This document shows, piece after piece, positions 20,899 through 29,692 of a stretch of DNA of 62,845 nucleotides. The position numbers were made by a program, and so were the translations under genes. Every line of letters starts with the position of its first letter. Position 1 is the first letter of the stretch. Source of the stretch: a virus (taxonomy: Duplodnaviria; Caudoviricetes); IMG/VR virus record IMGVR_UViG_3300005528_000064, positions 1-62,845 of that record; one strand, written 5' to 3'. The notes under the pieces were generated by a model that ran no database searches, had not been told where the DNA came from, and saw nothing but the letters and a program-made list of their open reading frames with translations.

Positions 20899-21055
20899 CT
20901 TCCACCCACCTAAGAACACCAGACAGTGCTCTCATGATGTCAGACACATGCTGGTCTACGCCATCAAATTTGTTGTGTAGACACTTGTCCTCCAGTTGCT
21001 TGAGGTTTCTCTCAGCTACTTGGAGGTAGTAGGAGTAGTCGTGGAATGGGGTCAT
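20873..21055 (-). CDS. Hypothetical protein
   Basis: Part of the coupled minus-strand operon. Confidence 0.55.
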   Translation of the reverse strand: MTPFHDYSYYLQVAERNLKQLEDKCLHNKFDGVDQHVSDIMRALSGVLRWVEDVQQEPQK

Positions 21056-21273
21056 TCTTGCCCCCTTGCACGGATGCGCTGTGCGAGGTGTTCGGCTGCG
21101 ACTAGCGCTTCATCGGTCCAACAGCAGGTGCAAACCTCCTGCTCACACACCTTAGCGCAGGCTTCTCTTTCATCTGCACGGACAAGGGCGGCGAAGAAAA
21201 TCAGGCGCTCATCTAACGAACCAAACTCATCAATCCCAGCCTCCCGCGCCCACTTGATGATGTCTTCGTTCAT
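21052..21273 (-). CDS. Hypothetical protein (EREACAKVC...IRARG family)
   Basis: Paralogous in motif to 27772-27984. Confidence 0.65.
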   Translation of the reverse strand: MNEDIIKWAREAGIDEFGSLDERLIFFAALVRADEREACAKVCEQEVCTCCWTDEALVAAEHLAQRIRARGQE

Positions 21274-21485
21274 GAAGTCTCCCGCTGGCTAAGCATGGCG
21301 TCGGCAACCGCGTAGGCGTTGTTGGCAAGCAATTGCGTATTCAGTTTTGACGCAATCAACGTCTCAACGCACAGCGCCTGCATCGCCTTGGCCGCGAAGT
21401 AATCGCGCAAGGTCATGCCGGTGTAGATGCAACGATCTGCGCTTTCGTTAGCGTTGATAGGGAACGCCGGTCCACCTGTGTTCAT
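21270..21485 (-). CDS. Hypothetical phage protein (GGPAFP...GMTLRDYFAAKAMQ family)
   Basis: Recognisable recurrent phage motif. Confidence 0.75.
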   Translation of the reverse strand: MNTGGPAFPINANESADRCIYTGMTLRDYFAAKAMQALCVETLIASKLNTQLLANNAYAVADAMLSQRETS

Positions 21486-21676
21486 ACTGCCCCCTTATCC
21501 ATCATGTGCATAGCCTTACGCACGGCGTCGGTCAGATTGAGCCATTCGTTCCAGCCCACTGCCTGGAAAAACTCCACCTTGACCGCTGAGTCGTCAACGG
21601 CCACCACTGTTGCAACGAGGCGGTCGTTCTCCTTGTCAACGATCTCGATGCGGGTTGGTTGAACGGATAGTTTCAT
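21482..21676 (-). CDS. Hypothetical protein
   Basis: ATGA-coupled ORF. Confidence 0.6.
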   Translation of the reverse strand: MKLSVQPTRIEIVDKENDRLVATVVAVDDSAVKVEFFQAVGWNEWLNLTDAVRKAMHMMDKGAV

Positions 21677-21966
21677 ACGTTCACCTTCTGGCTAACGATC
21701 ATCTTCTCCAGTTCACCTACCAAGTGAGCCGCTATGGTTACCCCATCCACACCGATGGACTGGCACCATTGATCCTGCTCAACATGGGAGATCATGTCCC
21801 GAACTGCTTTGTTGTAGCCGCCGTTGAAGGAGTCATCACCTTCAATGATCATGGTGATGGCATCCCGAACCAAGGCCGATGCCTTGCGGCTACCAGCGGC
21901 CTCCTTCAGTTTGTTGTAGATGTCCTCCCGGAGATGAACCGAGTACGGGACTAGCCTTTTTTCCAT
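21673..21966 (-). CDS. Ribbon-helix-helix DNA-binding protein
   Basis: YSVHLREDIYNKLKE...SALVRDAI pattern. Confidence 0.55.
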   Translation of the reverse strand: MEKRLVPYSVHLREDIYNKLKEAAGSRKASALVRDAITMIIEGDDSFNGGYNKAVRDMISHVEQDQWCQSIGVDGVTIAAHLVGELEKMIVSQKVNV

Positions 21967-22361
21967 GCTTGGAACTCCATGTTAATTTGACGCAGCTTCG
22001 CCGCAGCCGCTTGGTTGGTAGCCAGTTCCCGGCGCGATTCGATCTCGCAATGAGCCTTGATCCACGACGTAGCCTCATCCTCGTCGGCATCAAAGATGTG
22101 CCCTTCACCCAACAGCCACCGCTGAAACTCTGGGTTACGGGGAAGCATCCCGGCCAGCTTGACTACCTCGGAGAAGTTATCCCTGTTCAGGGGCTTCTCG
22201 TCGTCACCGATGCGGACCATGACCACTTGGTATCTGGCCCCACAGAAGTCCCGAAAAAGCTCCTCGGGCACGGAGTCCGGATGTACGCGGAGGGTCAGGA
22301 TGTACCCCTCCTTGTCCTGTTTAAGGGCGACCTTGATCGCCTCGTATTGAAGGGTTTCCAT
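21951..22361 (-). CDS. Hypothetical protein
   Basis: Start METLQYE placed just after the SSB stop. Confidence 0.65.
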   Translation of the reverse strand: METLQYEAIKVALKQDKEGYILTLRVHPDSVPEELFRDFCGARYQVVMVRIGDDEKPLNRDNFSEVVKLAGMLPRNPEFQRWLLGEGHIFDADEDEATSWIKAHCEIESRRELATNQAAAAKLRQINMEFQAWKKG

Positions 22362-22362
22362 G

Positions 22363-22659
22363 TCAGAAGGGGATATCGTCGTCCATGTCGTCAAAGGCGC
22401 TGGGCTTCTTCGGCGCTGGTTTCGGTGCTGGCTTGGCTTCATCCGGTTTGCGGTAGGCATCGTAAGCAAGGGACAAGAACTCCCCGCTACGGCCTTCACG
22501 CTTCCACGCGGACAGCTTGATCTTGATGTTGTCCTCATCCGTCTCGGACAGGAGTTGCCTGAGAAGCGACCGCTCAAGGGTGATGTCGCCCTTCATGTCG
22601 GGCTGCTTGTCTTTCTTGTACTGGTTGGGGAACAGTGCCCCGGTGTTGGTGTAGTTCAT
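22363..22659 (-). CDS. Putative single-stranded DNA-binding protein
   Basis: QPDMKG...AWKR...FLSL fold motif; acidic DDMDDDIPF tail. Confidence 0.75.
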   Translation of the reverse strand: MNYTNTGALFPNQYKKDKQPDMKGDITLERSLLRQLLSETDEDNIKIKLSAWKREGRSGEFLSLAYDAYRKPDEAKPAPKPAPKKPSAFDDMDDDIPF

Positions 22660-22946
22660 TTCAGTTCTCCAGAAACAAAAGGTACTTCTTGGACCAATTC
22701 ATAGGTAGCCTGAAAGATGTCGGGCTTGCATGGGTAGAACTCGCCCGCCACACCTTTGATGATCCAGTCACCTTCGGTTGCTTTGTGATTCCCCTCAAGC
22801 GTTTCAATAGTCAAGTACCTTTCAACGTCCCAACACCAGTCGCCTGCTTTTCCGCCCTCACCATCAATCCAATGGATGAGGGGGAAAAGAGAGTCCTTGG
22901 TAAGTTGACAAGCCTCAATCACGACGGGCTTCTTGCGATACTTCAT
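22656..22946 (-). CDS. Conserved hypothetical phage protein (KYRKKPVVIEA...GDWII...YPCKPDIF)
   Basis: Recognisable widespread phage family. Confidence 0.75.
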   Translation of the reverse strand: MKYRKKPVVIEACQLTKDSLFPLIHWIDGEGGKAGDWCWDVERYLTIETLEGNHKATEGDWIIKGVAGEFYPCKPDIFQATYELVQEVPFVSGELK

Positions 22947-23692
22947 TGGAAAGAATCCTTCTTGGTTTTGAAAGCGGACATCAGACCCTTGTGGCACTCG
23001 GGATCAATGTCCTTGACCTTATCAAACAAAGCCCGGTTGACCTGAAAGACCTGCATGACGTCAGCCTGAGACGTAGCCTGCTCCAGCGCAACAACAGCGG
23101 CCTCGGAAACAATGTTGATGAAGTCAGTATTCGTAGCGTCAGGCTTGGTCGTGACGGTGATCTGGAACCGTCCGGGTTCGCCTGCCATCTTGGCCGGGGG
23201 CTTCGATGGGAGAGCGGGCGGCTTCTCTGCCTTCGGCTTCGGAGGAGGCACCACGCCATCGTCTTCTGGCAAATCTTCCCCAGCGTAGATGTACAGACCA
23301 AGCCCGTGCATAGCCAGACACTTGGTAAGACACCGCATGATGGCTGTATTGACATTGAACGAGTCAAGCTCCTCAATTTTTTCGTTGCCGTACTTGTCCT
23401 TGTACTTCCGGCCTGCGATTTTGATCGGCTCATTCTTGGAGTTCATGACCGGCAGGAAACATGTCATCTCCTTACCGAACAGAGTGGTACGAACCCACAC
23501 CATCGCGGTTCCGTTGATGTCCATGTACGGGATGGTTGTCCCGTCCGCACGCTGGAACGTATCAACATGGAACGTGGCCGTAGGATCAGCCTTCAGGGCT
23601 TCTGCCCAGGCCCACGCCCAGCTAAGGTACGTGAGCCCGTTCTTCTTCTCAACGTGATCCTGTACGTTGAGTTTGAGGAGGTTTGCGATCAT
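22943..23692 (-). CDS. Sak3/DUF1071-like single-strand annealing protein
   Basis: LTYLSWAWAW...NTAIMRCLTKCLAMHGLGLYIYAGEDLP. Confidence 0.85.
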   Translation of the reverse strand: MIANLLKLNVQDHVEKKNGLTYLSWAWAWAEALKADPTATFHVDTFQRADGTTIPYMDINGTAMVWVRTTLFGKEMTCFLPVMNSKNEPIKIAGRKYKDKYGNEKIEELDSFNVNTAIMRCLTKCLAMHGLGLYIYAGEDLPEDDGVVPPPKPKAEKPPALPSKPPAKMAGEPGRFQITVTTKPDATNTDFINIVSEAAVVALEQATSQADVMQVFQVNRALFDKVKDIDPECHKGLMSAFKTKKDSFQ

Positions 23693-23931
23693 GCTGCTTG
23701 CTCAACAATTTTGACGACAGGCTTCTTCCCCGGCTTGCGCCCAGGCTTCTTGGCGGGACGGCCTGCCTTGGTGAGACGCACTGTGCCAGCGCTTGTGGCT
23801 TCCAGCATCTTATTGAGTGCAGTCACAGTCGTCACCGGCTTGGCTTCCAGCTTCGCCAGAATTTTGGCGGCAGATTCCTGCACGGCATGGGCAACGAACT
23901 TCACTTCAGATTCAGTCAGGTTGATCAACAC
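23689..23931 (-). CDS. Hypothetical basic protein
   Basis: KKPGRKPG basic tail; RBS. Confidence 0.6.
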   Translation of the reverse strand: MLINLTESEVKFVAHAVQESAAKILAKLEAKPVTTVTALNKMLEATSAGTVRLTKAGRPAKKPGRKPGKKPVVKIVEQAA

Positions 23932-24820
23932 TTTGGTTCTCCTTCAGGTAAGTTTGAAATTGGGAACAGAACTTGGACACTTGGCAGTAGGACTTGCACC
24001 GGGTTCTCTCGCCGGGGCGGATTTCGATCACAAATTTTTCGTTCTTCTTGGCAGACTTCTCAGCCTCCGCAAGCGCAGCGTTAGCTTCCTCTTCGCTTGA
24101 GTGAACTGACTTCGCTCTTACACCTCCTTCTTTCTTGATGGCCCAAGTCGTGGATTTCTCCCACATCTCTTCCGGTGAGCACTCAGGCAGTGAGCCCTCG
24201 GTGTCTGCCTCAAACATGGCCGAGGAGTGAGCGGTCAGGCGGGACTGAATGAACGCTTCCCTTTCCTCTGGCGACCACAATTTAATGGGGATGGTGACGA
24301 TGGGAGCTTGGGGATAACCCTCCTTCTGCGCTTCACGGGCCGACCAATCACGGATGATAGCCACGATGGACAGCTTGGTAACGGGGGCTTCCTTGACCTT
24401 CTCCACTAGATGAGCGTAGACGTTCAACTGGTGCGTCCAGTCGGCTTTCTCGTTCATCACCGCCCAGGCACTTGTCGTTTTGTAGTCGCTGATCTCAATC
24501 CCATCGGGCGTGACGGTCTGAAGATCAATGGCACCAGACAGAACCCAGCCCGAGAACTCTGCGAACAGACGCTCCTCGATGATGTGGTTGTCTCCCTTGC
24601 CATGCTCCAAAATATGGTGGATGGCCGAGCCGAACAGTTGCCACACCATCTCACTGGCGTCTTGCTCAATGTCTTCCCAATGCTTGCGCTTAAGCTGAAC
24701 AATCCGAGGACTGTTCAGCAACTCGGTACATGAGATGTGCGCATCGCCCTTGCTGTACGTTGGCCTGTGAAGTGCATTCAGTACCGAGTCGGGCAGGTGG
24801 TGCAAATTAGTTATGCGCAT
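23912..24820 (-). CDS. PD-(D/E)XK exonuclease (Cas4-like)
   Basis: GSAIHHILE, SGAIDL, DYKTT, QLNVY, C-terminal RC..YC..C; start at MRITN with AGGAG. Confidence 0.82.
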   Translation of the reverse strand: MRITNLHHLPDSVLNALHRPTYSKGDAHISCTELLNSPRIVQLKRKHWEDIEQDASEMVWQLFGSAIHHILEHGKGDNHIIEERLFAEFSGWVLSGAIDLQTVTPDGIEISDYKTTSAWAVMNEKADWTHQLNVYAHLVEKVKEAPVTKLSIVAIIRDWSAREAQKEGYPQAPIVTIPIKLWSPEEREAFIQSRLTAHSSAMFEADTEGSLPECSPEEMWEKSTTWAIKKEGGVRAKSVHSSEEEANAALAEAEKSAKKNEKFVIEIRPGERTRCKSYCQVSKFCSQFQTYLKENQSVDQPD

Positions 24821-25478
24821 TTTTTCTCCTTGTTTCCCAACCAATCTTTCTTGCTTCGGATCTTTTTTTCTTAGCTTCTTCAGACATAGCTTGTTCTGAA
24901 AGCCAGTAGTTGCGAATGGCCGCTTGTTTTTTTTCTTCGTATACACGCCCATTGTTAACGAGGGGGCTTTTTTCTCTTTGCATCTTTTTGCGCTCTTCAG
25001 ATGAGTAAGCCGCTTTCAATATCAGTGAGTGTTTTATCTTTTCCTCTTCTGTCCATCTTTTTTGTTGCGCAATAGAAGACTTTGTTCTTGACTCAGTACT
25101 CCACTGGTTTTGGCGGATTAACTTCATTCGTTGGATATTCTCTTCTTTTGACCAAAACTCTTTTGTGCGACGAGACATCAACTCCTTTGATTCGTTGGTG
25201 TGTCTGTAGCCAGACGGCCCATCTCCGCCAGCAGTTAAGTTAACAAGACGAAAACCTAGGTCGTTAAAGCACAGAATAAGAAACTTTTCATGTTCAAAGG
25301 CTTCATTCTCTGTTTTCCACTGGGCACAAATCTCAACTTCAAACCCGTGTTTTTTTGCAGTCTTATGCCACCAATCACTTCTATCAAAAGGCTTCCATGC
25401 TCGGTTGCCAGACCCTTTGCCCACATAAAAAATCCTACCGTCATCGGCTGTGCGATGTATGTACGTGTAAAACTTCAT
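24807..25478 (-). CDS. Free-standing GIY-YIG-like homing endonuclease
   Basis: YTYIH...FYVGKG...R, LVNLTAGGDG, NUMOD3-like repeats; AT-rich. Confidence 0.8.
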   Translation of the reverse strand: MKFYTYIHRTADDGRIFYVGKGSGNRAWKPFDRSDWWHKTAKKHGFEVEICAQWKTENEAFEHEKFLILCFNDLGFRLVNLTAGGDGPSGYRHTNESKELMSRRTKEFWSKEENIQRMKLIRQNQWSTESRTKSSIAQQKRWTEEEKIKHSLILKAAYSSEERKKMQREKSPLVNNGRVYEEKKQAAIRNYWLSEQAMSEEAKKKRSEARKIGWETRRKNAHN

Positions 25479-25813
25479 GCTTGCTCCACCTTAGCCAACG
25501 CTTCCTTTGCCTGCTGCAATGCCGGATGCTCACCGTCTGCGTCCATCAAGCGGTTCTCCAGCGTGAAGCAGTAGCTGATAAGGCGGCGCACTGCAGCGCC
25601 GAGTTCTTTGCACTGGGCCTCGGCAATGTCACGCTCACGCTCGGCGTTTTCTGCGCGGACTTCATCGCGGTCACGCCACCTCTCGGACTCAACCAGTTCA
25701 GCATGCAACCGGCGCAGTTCCGCAGCCGCAGCATGTGATGCTTCTCTGTAGCCCCAAGTGGTTGTTGGGTCTTGCTCAATGATGTCGGCAAGACGATGTG
25801 CTTCTGATCTCAC
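25475..25813 (-). CDS. Hypothetical protein (AAAELRRLHA module)
   Basis: Coiled coil; probable GTG start coupled to the upstream stop. Confidence 0.6.
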   Translation of the reverse strand: MRSEAHRLADIIEQDPTTTWGYREASHAAAAELRRLHAELVESERWRDRDEVRAENAERERDIAEAQCKELGAAVRRLISYCFTLENRLMDADGEHPALQQAKEALAKVEQA

Positions 25814-26031
25814 TTCAGAACTCCTCTCCAAGGAAGTTGCTGATGGGGAGACTCCATAAACGCAAACTCATTACACATGGCTTCTTCTGCGGTTCTCTCC
25901 CCCATGCTCCAGCTTCTGCCATTCCAGTAGCAATGCTGAATCTGCTTGGATTTGCCATAGGTGTACTCCCGCTGATACACGCCCTTGCGAACGGGCTTGG
26001 CTGAGCCAGGGAACCAATCAGTGAGGTTCAT
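25810..26031 (-). CDS. Hypothetical protein (KPVRKGVY...WRG family)
   Basis: Recurrent phage motif; coupled ORF. Confidence 0.65.
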   Translation of the reverse strand: MNLTDWFPGSAKPVRKGVYQREYTYGKSKQIQHCYWNGRSWSMGERTAEEAMCNEFAFMESPHQQLPWRGVLK

Positions 26032-26264
26032 ACTTCCTCCGCACGCTCAAAGCCGTACCTCTCGGCCAGATCAACAATGTCAGCTTCCGGGAGTTTGGCG
26101 ACCATGCGAGATACGATCTCGGTCAAGGTGCGGAGATCCGCTTCCATTGATTCAATGGTGCCGTTGCTATGAAAGCTGGCTTGGTGGACGATAGCCTCAA
26201 CCAGCATTGATGGTTCAATGTGGTGAGGTTTACTTTCCCATGCGTACTTTCGTCTGAACTTCAT
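26028..26264 (-). CDS. Hypothetical protein
   Basis: Coupled ORF with RBS. Confidence 0.6.
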   Translation of the reverse strand: MKFRRKYAWESKPHHIEPSMLVEAIVHQASFHSNGTIESMEADLRTLTEIVSRMVAKLPEADIVDLAERYGFERAEEV

Positions 26265-26533
26265 GCTCCCTCCGCTTTCTTGATGGCGGCGCGGGCCGCG
26301 TCAAACTCGTCTGTCTTCCTGTCGGCAACACGGACAACGGCCTTAAGCGCCTCCAGCAGATCCGGCGCGGCTGCGATTAGGCGGGCATCTGCCCAGCACT
26401 GCTCATCGCCTTCGGCATCGAGCAGCCAGTTGAACGCCTGGGCAACAAGCATCGGCCCGGCGTGAACCTCGGCCCTCCCATTGGATTGGGTCGGCTTGTT
26501 TGCCGTCCACGGCCCCGGTGTGTGCTTGCTCAT
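26261..26533 (-). CDS. Hypothetical phage protein (HTPGPW...ARLIAAAPDLLEAL family)
   Basis: Widespread phage motif. Confidence 0.75.
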   Translation of the reverse strand: MSKHTPGPWTANKPTQSNGRAEVHAGPMLVAQAFNWLLDAEGDEQCWADARLIAAAPDLLEALKAVVRVADRKTDEFDAARAAIKKAEGA

Positions 26534-26730
26534 AACTTCACCTTCATCTGCTTGATGCGCTTGGCCCTAAGATCAGGCTCAAGATCCATGATCAAATCCC
26601 AAACCAACACCTGAGCAACGCCAAATTTCACGGCCCACTGCTCCCCCGATGGGAGAGTGTCAAAATTCTTGTTGTACTTCCGAGCCTGTCGCTCGATGTA
26701 TGCTTCAACCTCATCTGTTTTGATGTGCAT
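26530..26730 (-). CDS. Hypothetical protein
   Basis: CAGGAGA RBS before MHIKTDE. Confidence 0.6.
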   Translation of the reverse strand: MHIKTDEVEAYIERQARKYNKNFDTLPSGEQWAVKFGVAQVLVWDLIMDLEPDLRAKRIKQMKVKL

Positions 26731-26752
26731 GTTGTGTTCTCCTGTGTGATGT

Positions 26753-26798
26753 ATTGGACCTGAACCTATCAGGTATGTCAACTAGGGGTTTACCCTAT
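26753..26798 (-). promoter_or_regulatory. Leftward promoter with upstream CCCTAG box
   Basis: AGGGTAAACCCCTAG-TTGACA-17-TCCAAT on the minus strand. Confidence 0.55.
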
Positions 26799-27081
26799 GA
26801 GAAGAGTTGCAAGGCGAGATGCCAATGAGAGAAGGGTGATCGACGCTCTACGGGCCTGTGGGGCTTACGTGAAGCAGATCAACGACGAAGGAGCCTTTGA
26901 TCTTCTGGTGTTCTACCGTGAACATACGCTATTGCTTGAGGTGAAGGACGGAGACAAACCGCCCTCGGCCCGAGCGCTTACGCCAGCAGAAGCTAAATTT
27001 CACGCTGAGTGGCCCGGCACAAATTTGTACATCGTCAACTCAGAGCATGAGGCGCTGGACATCCTGAAGCGTTGTGTGTAG
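26797..27081 (+). CDS. VRR-NUC-like nuclease / Holliday junction resolvase
   Basis: RRDANE, FDLLV, LLEVKDG, LTPAE motifs. Confidence 0.75.
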   Translation: MRRVARRDANERRVIDALRACGAYVKQINDEGAFDLLVFYREHTLLLEVKDGDKPPSARALTPAEAKFHAEWPGTNLYIVNSEHEALDILKRCV

Positions 27082-27090
27082 CATCGGGAT

Positions 27091-27166
27091 GCCACGGTCC
27101 TCCCCCGTGGCTCTCCTGATCGGGCGTGTGCCCGTTGAGCCCTGGGTGTCCGGGGCTCTTTTTTTA
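27091..27166 (+). ncRNA. Candidate small RNA with anti-SD loop
   Basis: TGGACA-17-TAGCAT promoter; GCCACGG-TCCTCCC-CCGTGGC hairpin, TCTCCTGAT, second hairpin and terminator. Confidence 0.45.
27137..27166 (+). terminator. Rho-independent terminator
   Basis: GAGCCCTGG...CCGGGGCTC followed by a T-run. Confidence 0.75.
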
Positions 27167-27168
27167 GA

Positions 27169-27393
27169 TCAGGGCTTCTCCAACGTCTTGAGCCTGGGCA
27201 TACGCGGATCGACGCGGGGAAGTGTTGACAACACATCCTCCTTCTTTATAGGAGTAGAGGAAAGGCCAACAATTCTTTCCTCCGTGTTGAACCTGTGCAG
27301 GTTTGCACACTGGTAGCGACGGCGGCGCGATCCATCTTTCCTGAGAACCGATTCCAGGACTTCCGTCCATGTTCCGCACTGAGGACATTTCAT
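27169..27393 (-). CDS. NrdR N-terminal-like zinc ribbon protein
   Basis: MKCPQCG...V.ES...RRRRYQC...RFNTEE. Confidence 0.7.
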   Translation of the reverse strand: MKCPQCGTWTEVLESVLRKDGSRRRRYQCANLHRFNTEERIVGLSSTPIKKEDVLSTLPRVDPRMPRLKTLEKP

Positions 27394-27402
27394 TCTCCTG
27401 CC

Positions 27403-27585
27403 TTATTCATAAACGGCTTTAATCTTCTGCTCTTCATTCTGCGGCTCTTCGCCATAGATGAAATCCATCAGTTCGCGCAACTCCTGAAGACCGTAGTGGT
27501 CGGCGTAATTCTTGTTCCGAGAACATATGTAATTACTTCCCATCTGCTTCTCAACAAACCGGGCGACTTCTTCTCGGGTTTTCAT
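27403..27585 (-). CDS. Hypothetical protein
   Basis: AAGGAG RBS before MKTREEV. Confidence 0.6.
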   Translation of the reverse strand: MKTREEVARFVEKQMGSNYICSRNKNYADHYGLQELRELMDFIYGEEPQNEEQKIKAVYE

Positions 27586-27586
27586 T

Positions 27587-27775
27587 TCATTCTCCTTCTT
27601 TCTCCACAAAATCCCCATTAGGACACGGACCATGCCCGGTCCACGGGCCGATCCACATTTGACGCTCTGCCTTGGGATGCACAGGGCTGTTGTTCACATT
27701 CCGTTGACAGGTCTTGCACTGCTCAAGCAACGGGTTGGTCATGCAGCGGGCGAAGTCTTGGGGTAGGTGGTTCAC
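27587..27775 (-). CDS. Hypothetical Cys-rich protein
   Basis: DFARC...CKTCQR; coupled ORF. Confidence 0.6.
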   Translation of the reverse strand: MNHLPQDFARCMTNPLLEQCKTCQRNVNNSPVHPKAERQMWIGPWTGHGPCPNGDFVEKEGE

Positions 27776-27984
27776 GCCTCTCCCCTTGCTCGAATACGCT
27801 CAACAATGCGCTGCGCCGTGCCGTCGTCCCTGGCCTCGGCGTTGCAGTCTTCAATGCAAGCTGCTCGCTCGGCAGCGGCTCCTGCGGCGTGGGCTAGGGC
27901 GGCGAAGCGGTCAAGGTCAATCAAGTCGAAGCTGCTCCATCCAGCCTGCCGCGCCCAGCGGATTGCTTCTTCGGGGGTCAGCAT
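27772..27984 (-). CDS. Hypothetical protein (ERAAC...IRARG family)
   Basis: Paralogous in motif to 21052-21273. Confidence 0.65.
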   Translation of the reverse strand: MLTPEEAIRWARQAGWSSFDLIDLDRFAALAHAAGAAAERAACIEDCNAEARDDGTAQRIVERIRARGEA

Positions 27985-28187
27985 GTGACCTCCATCTTCG
28001 GCCAGGGCTTGCACGGGCAGGTCATGTTCATCGGTGCGTTACCGCGTCCGCAGGCGGGACAGAGCCAGCCGTGCTGGACGAACGGCGCGGGCTTTTGTGC
28101 GCGCTCTGCTTTCTCCGTCTCGTCTTTCCGTTTCCGCAAAGCCTCTAGCACCTCGTTGTTGATGGCTTCTCGTTCGTTGGGAGTCAT
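27978..28187 (-). CDS. Hypothetical protein with GWLCPACG zinc finger
   Basis: GWxCPxCG...CPC motif. Confidence 0.65.
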   Translation of the reverse strand: MTPNEREAINNEVLEALRKRKDETEKAERAQKPAPFVQHGWLCPACGRGNAPMNMTCPCKPWPKMEVTC

Positions 28188-29086
28188 ACCTTCCCCTCCG
28201 CTTTCTTGATAGCTGCGCGGGCGTTGGCCTCGGCGGCCAGCTTGCGGTCGAGTTCCGTGTTCTGCTCTTGCAGCATCCACACCTCGCCAGTCAGCCGCCT
28301 GATCTCGATCTGGAAAGCATTGGCCTCGCAGGATCGTTCGCAGTGCGGCAGGCCGGTGCGGCGAGGTGGGTGGGTGTAGAGGGCGACCTTGACCACGCCC
28401 CGCATCTCCGGTTCGTCCGATGCGCACCAGAAGTCGACATCGGCTTCGGTGCCGACGAGTTCCGTTTGTAGCTCACCATTTTTGAAGCATGCCCACGCCA
28501 CCGGCTCCTGCTCCGGCTGCGCCAGCGCGGCGCGGTGCGCAGTAGCCGACTGCCAGCCGGCATCGTGCCCACGGATGAATGCTGCAGCGTGCGCCTGTGC
28601 TTGTTCGGTGGCATCAGGCTCCTGCTGCTCCAGCGCGGCCTGCCACGTTTCCCACATCAAGTGCGTGTGGCTGCTCCAGTAGCCGCCCTCGCGCCCCTCG
28701 CGTGTGTCCGGGTCCACGCTGTAACCTAGGCTCTTGGCGTGGCGCTCAAACGCGGCGCGCAGGAAGGCCGGCACGTCCTTCTGCTCCGGCTGCTCCAGCG
28801 CGGCCAGTTTTGCTTCTGCCGCTTTAGCCCGCTCGGCCCATTCGTGGATCGCGGCAATGTGCGCTTCATGCAGGGTGCATTGCTGCGTCTGGACATCGCC
28901 AACCCACCGACAGTTACAGGTCTGCTCCGGCTGCTCCAGCGCGGCGCTCAGGGCTGTGATGGCGACCGCAGTTTTCTGTGATGAATGCGCCATAAATCGA
29001 AGGTCGTCAAATTTTTCTTGGGTCGCATGCTGGCTTGTCTTCAACGCCTCCAGCGCTTGACGCGCAGCGTCTCTCAGGTCGGTCAT
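28184..29086 (-). CDS. Modular accessory protein with AALEQPEQ linkers
   Basis: MTDLRDAARQALEAL, four EQPEQ-type linkers, EPVAW, LYTHPP. Confidence 0.7.
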   Translation of the reverse strand: MTDLRDAARQALEALKTSQHATQEKFDDLRFMAHSSQKTAVAITALSAALEQPEQTCNCRWVGDVQTQQCTLHEAHIAAIHEWAERAKAAEAKLAALEQPEQKDVPAFLRAAFERHAKSLGYSVDPDTREGREGGYWSSHTHLMWETWQAALEQQEPDATEQAQAHAAAFIRGHDAGWQSATAHRAALAQPEQEPVAWACFKNGELQTELVGTEADVDFWCASDEPEMRGVVKVALYTHPPRRTGLPHCERSCEANAFQIEIRRLTGEVWMLQEQNTELDRKLAAEANARAAIKKAEGKV

Positions 29087-29259
29087 ACCAACACCCCCAC
29101 AACGAACGCAATCGCACCAACAAGGACAACAACGCACAGCCCCAGCACCACCAGGGTGCCCAAGGATTCAGGGGCGTCGTCAACGCCGACCTCGGTTGCG
29201 GCTTCCGCCGCCTCGGGGTAGCGGCCTTGTTGGTCACAGCCTTTGGGGAGTTTCTTCAT
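29083..29259 (-). CDS. Small membrane protein (CDQQGRYPEAAEA family)
   Basis: C-terminal TM segment; coupled ORF. Confidence 0.6.
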   Translation of the reverse strand: MKKLPKGCDQQGRYPEAAEAATEVGVDDAPESLGTLVVLGLCVVVLVGAIAFVVGVLV

Positions 29260-29537
29260 GCCGCCTCCGATTTGTTCAGGAACACAGAAACATTCTCCAC
29301 CTTGCTCAGCGCGTACCCCGCAGAAAACGCTGCCCATCCGGCATGTGCGGCCTCCCATCTGCCATGTTCGGCATGCTTGCGGAACTCTGGATCACGCCAG
29401 CACAGCAAGTCCGCCACGGCTTCAGCAGTTTTGCGAGTGCGATCCTGGCACATCTGCTTCCACGCCGGCCCGTAGCCACGCTTGTCAGCGTAGGGTTGAT
29501 GCGCCTCAAGCCTCGCCCACATCTCATCAAGTGTCAT
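29256..29537 (-). CDS. Hypothetical protein
   Basis: Coupled ORF MTLDEMW. Confidence 0.6.
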   Translation of the reverse strand: MTLDEMWARLEAHQPYADKRGYGPAWKQMCQDRTRKTAEAVADLLCWRDPEFRKHAEHGRWEAAHAGWAAFSAGYALSKVENVSVFLNKSEAA

Positions 29538-29692
29538 TGCACCCTCTGCACTTTCTTGTGAAGAAGCCACTTCTCGCACAACCTCTCAACGGCCCTGATC
29601 CACTTCCGAGCATTGGCCCGGTTCACTTCCCGTGGAACATGAGGCACGTTCCACAGCTTGAGGGCGTGCTTCATCAGTTGCATCTTGCTCAC
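29534..29692 (-). CDS. Hypothetical protein
   Basis: ATCAGGAGA RBS and GTG start. Confidence 0.6.
   Translation of the reverse strand: MSKMQLMKHALKLWNVPHVPREVNRANARKWIRAVERLCEKWLLHKKVQRVQ

Noticed and set aside
22946-24100. 384-aa plus-strand ORF
   Set aside because: Antisense to the recognisable Sak3-like and exonuclease genes.
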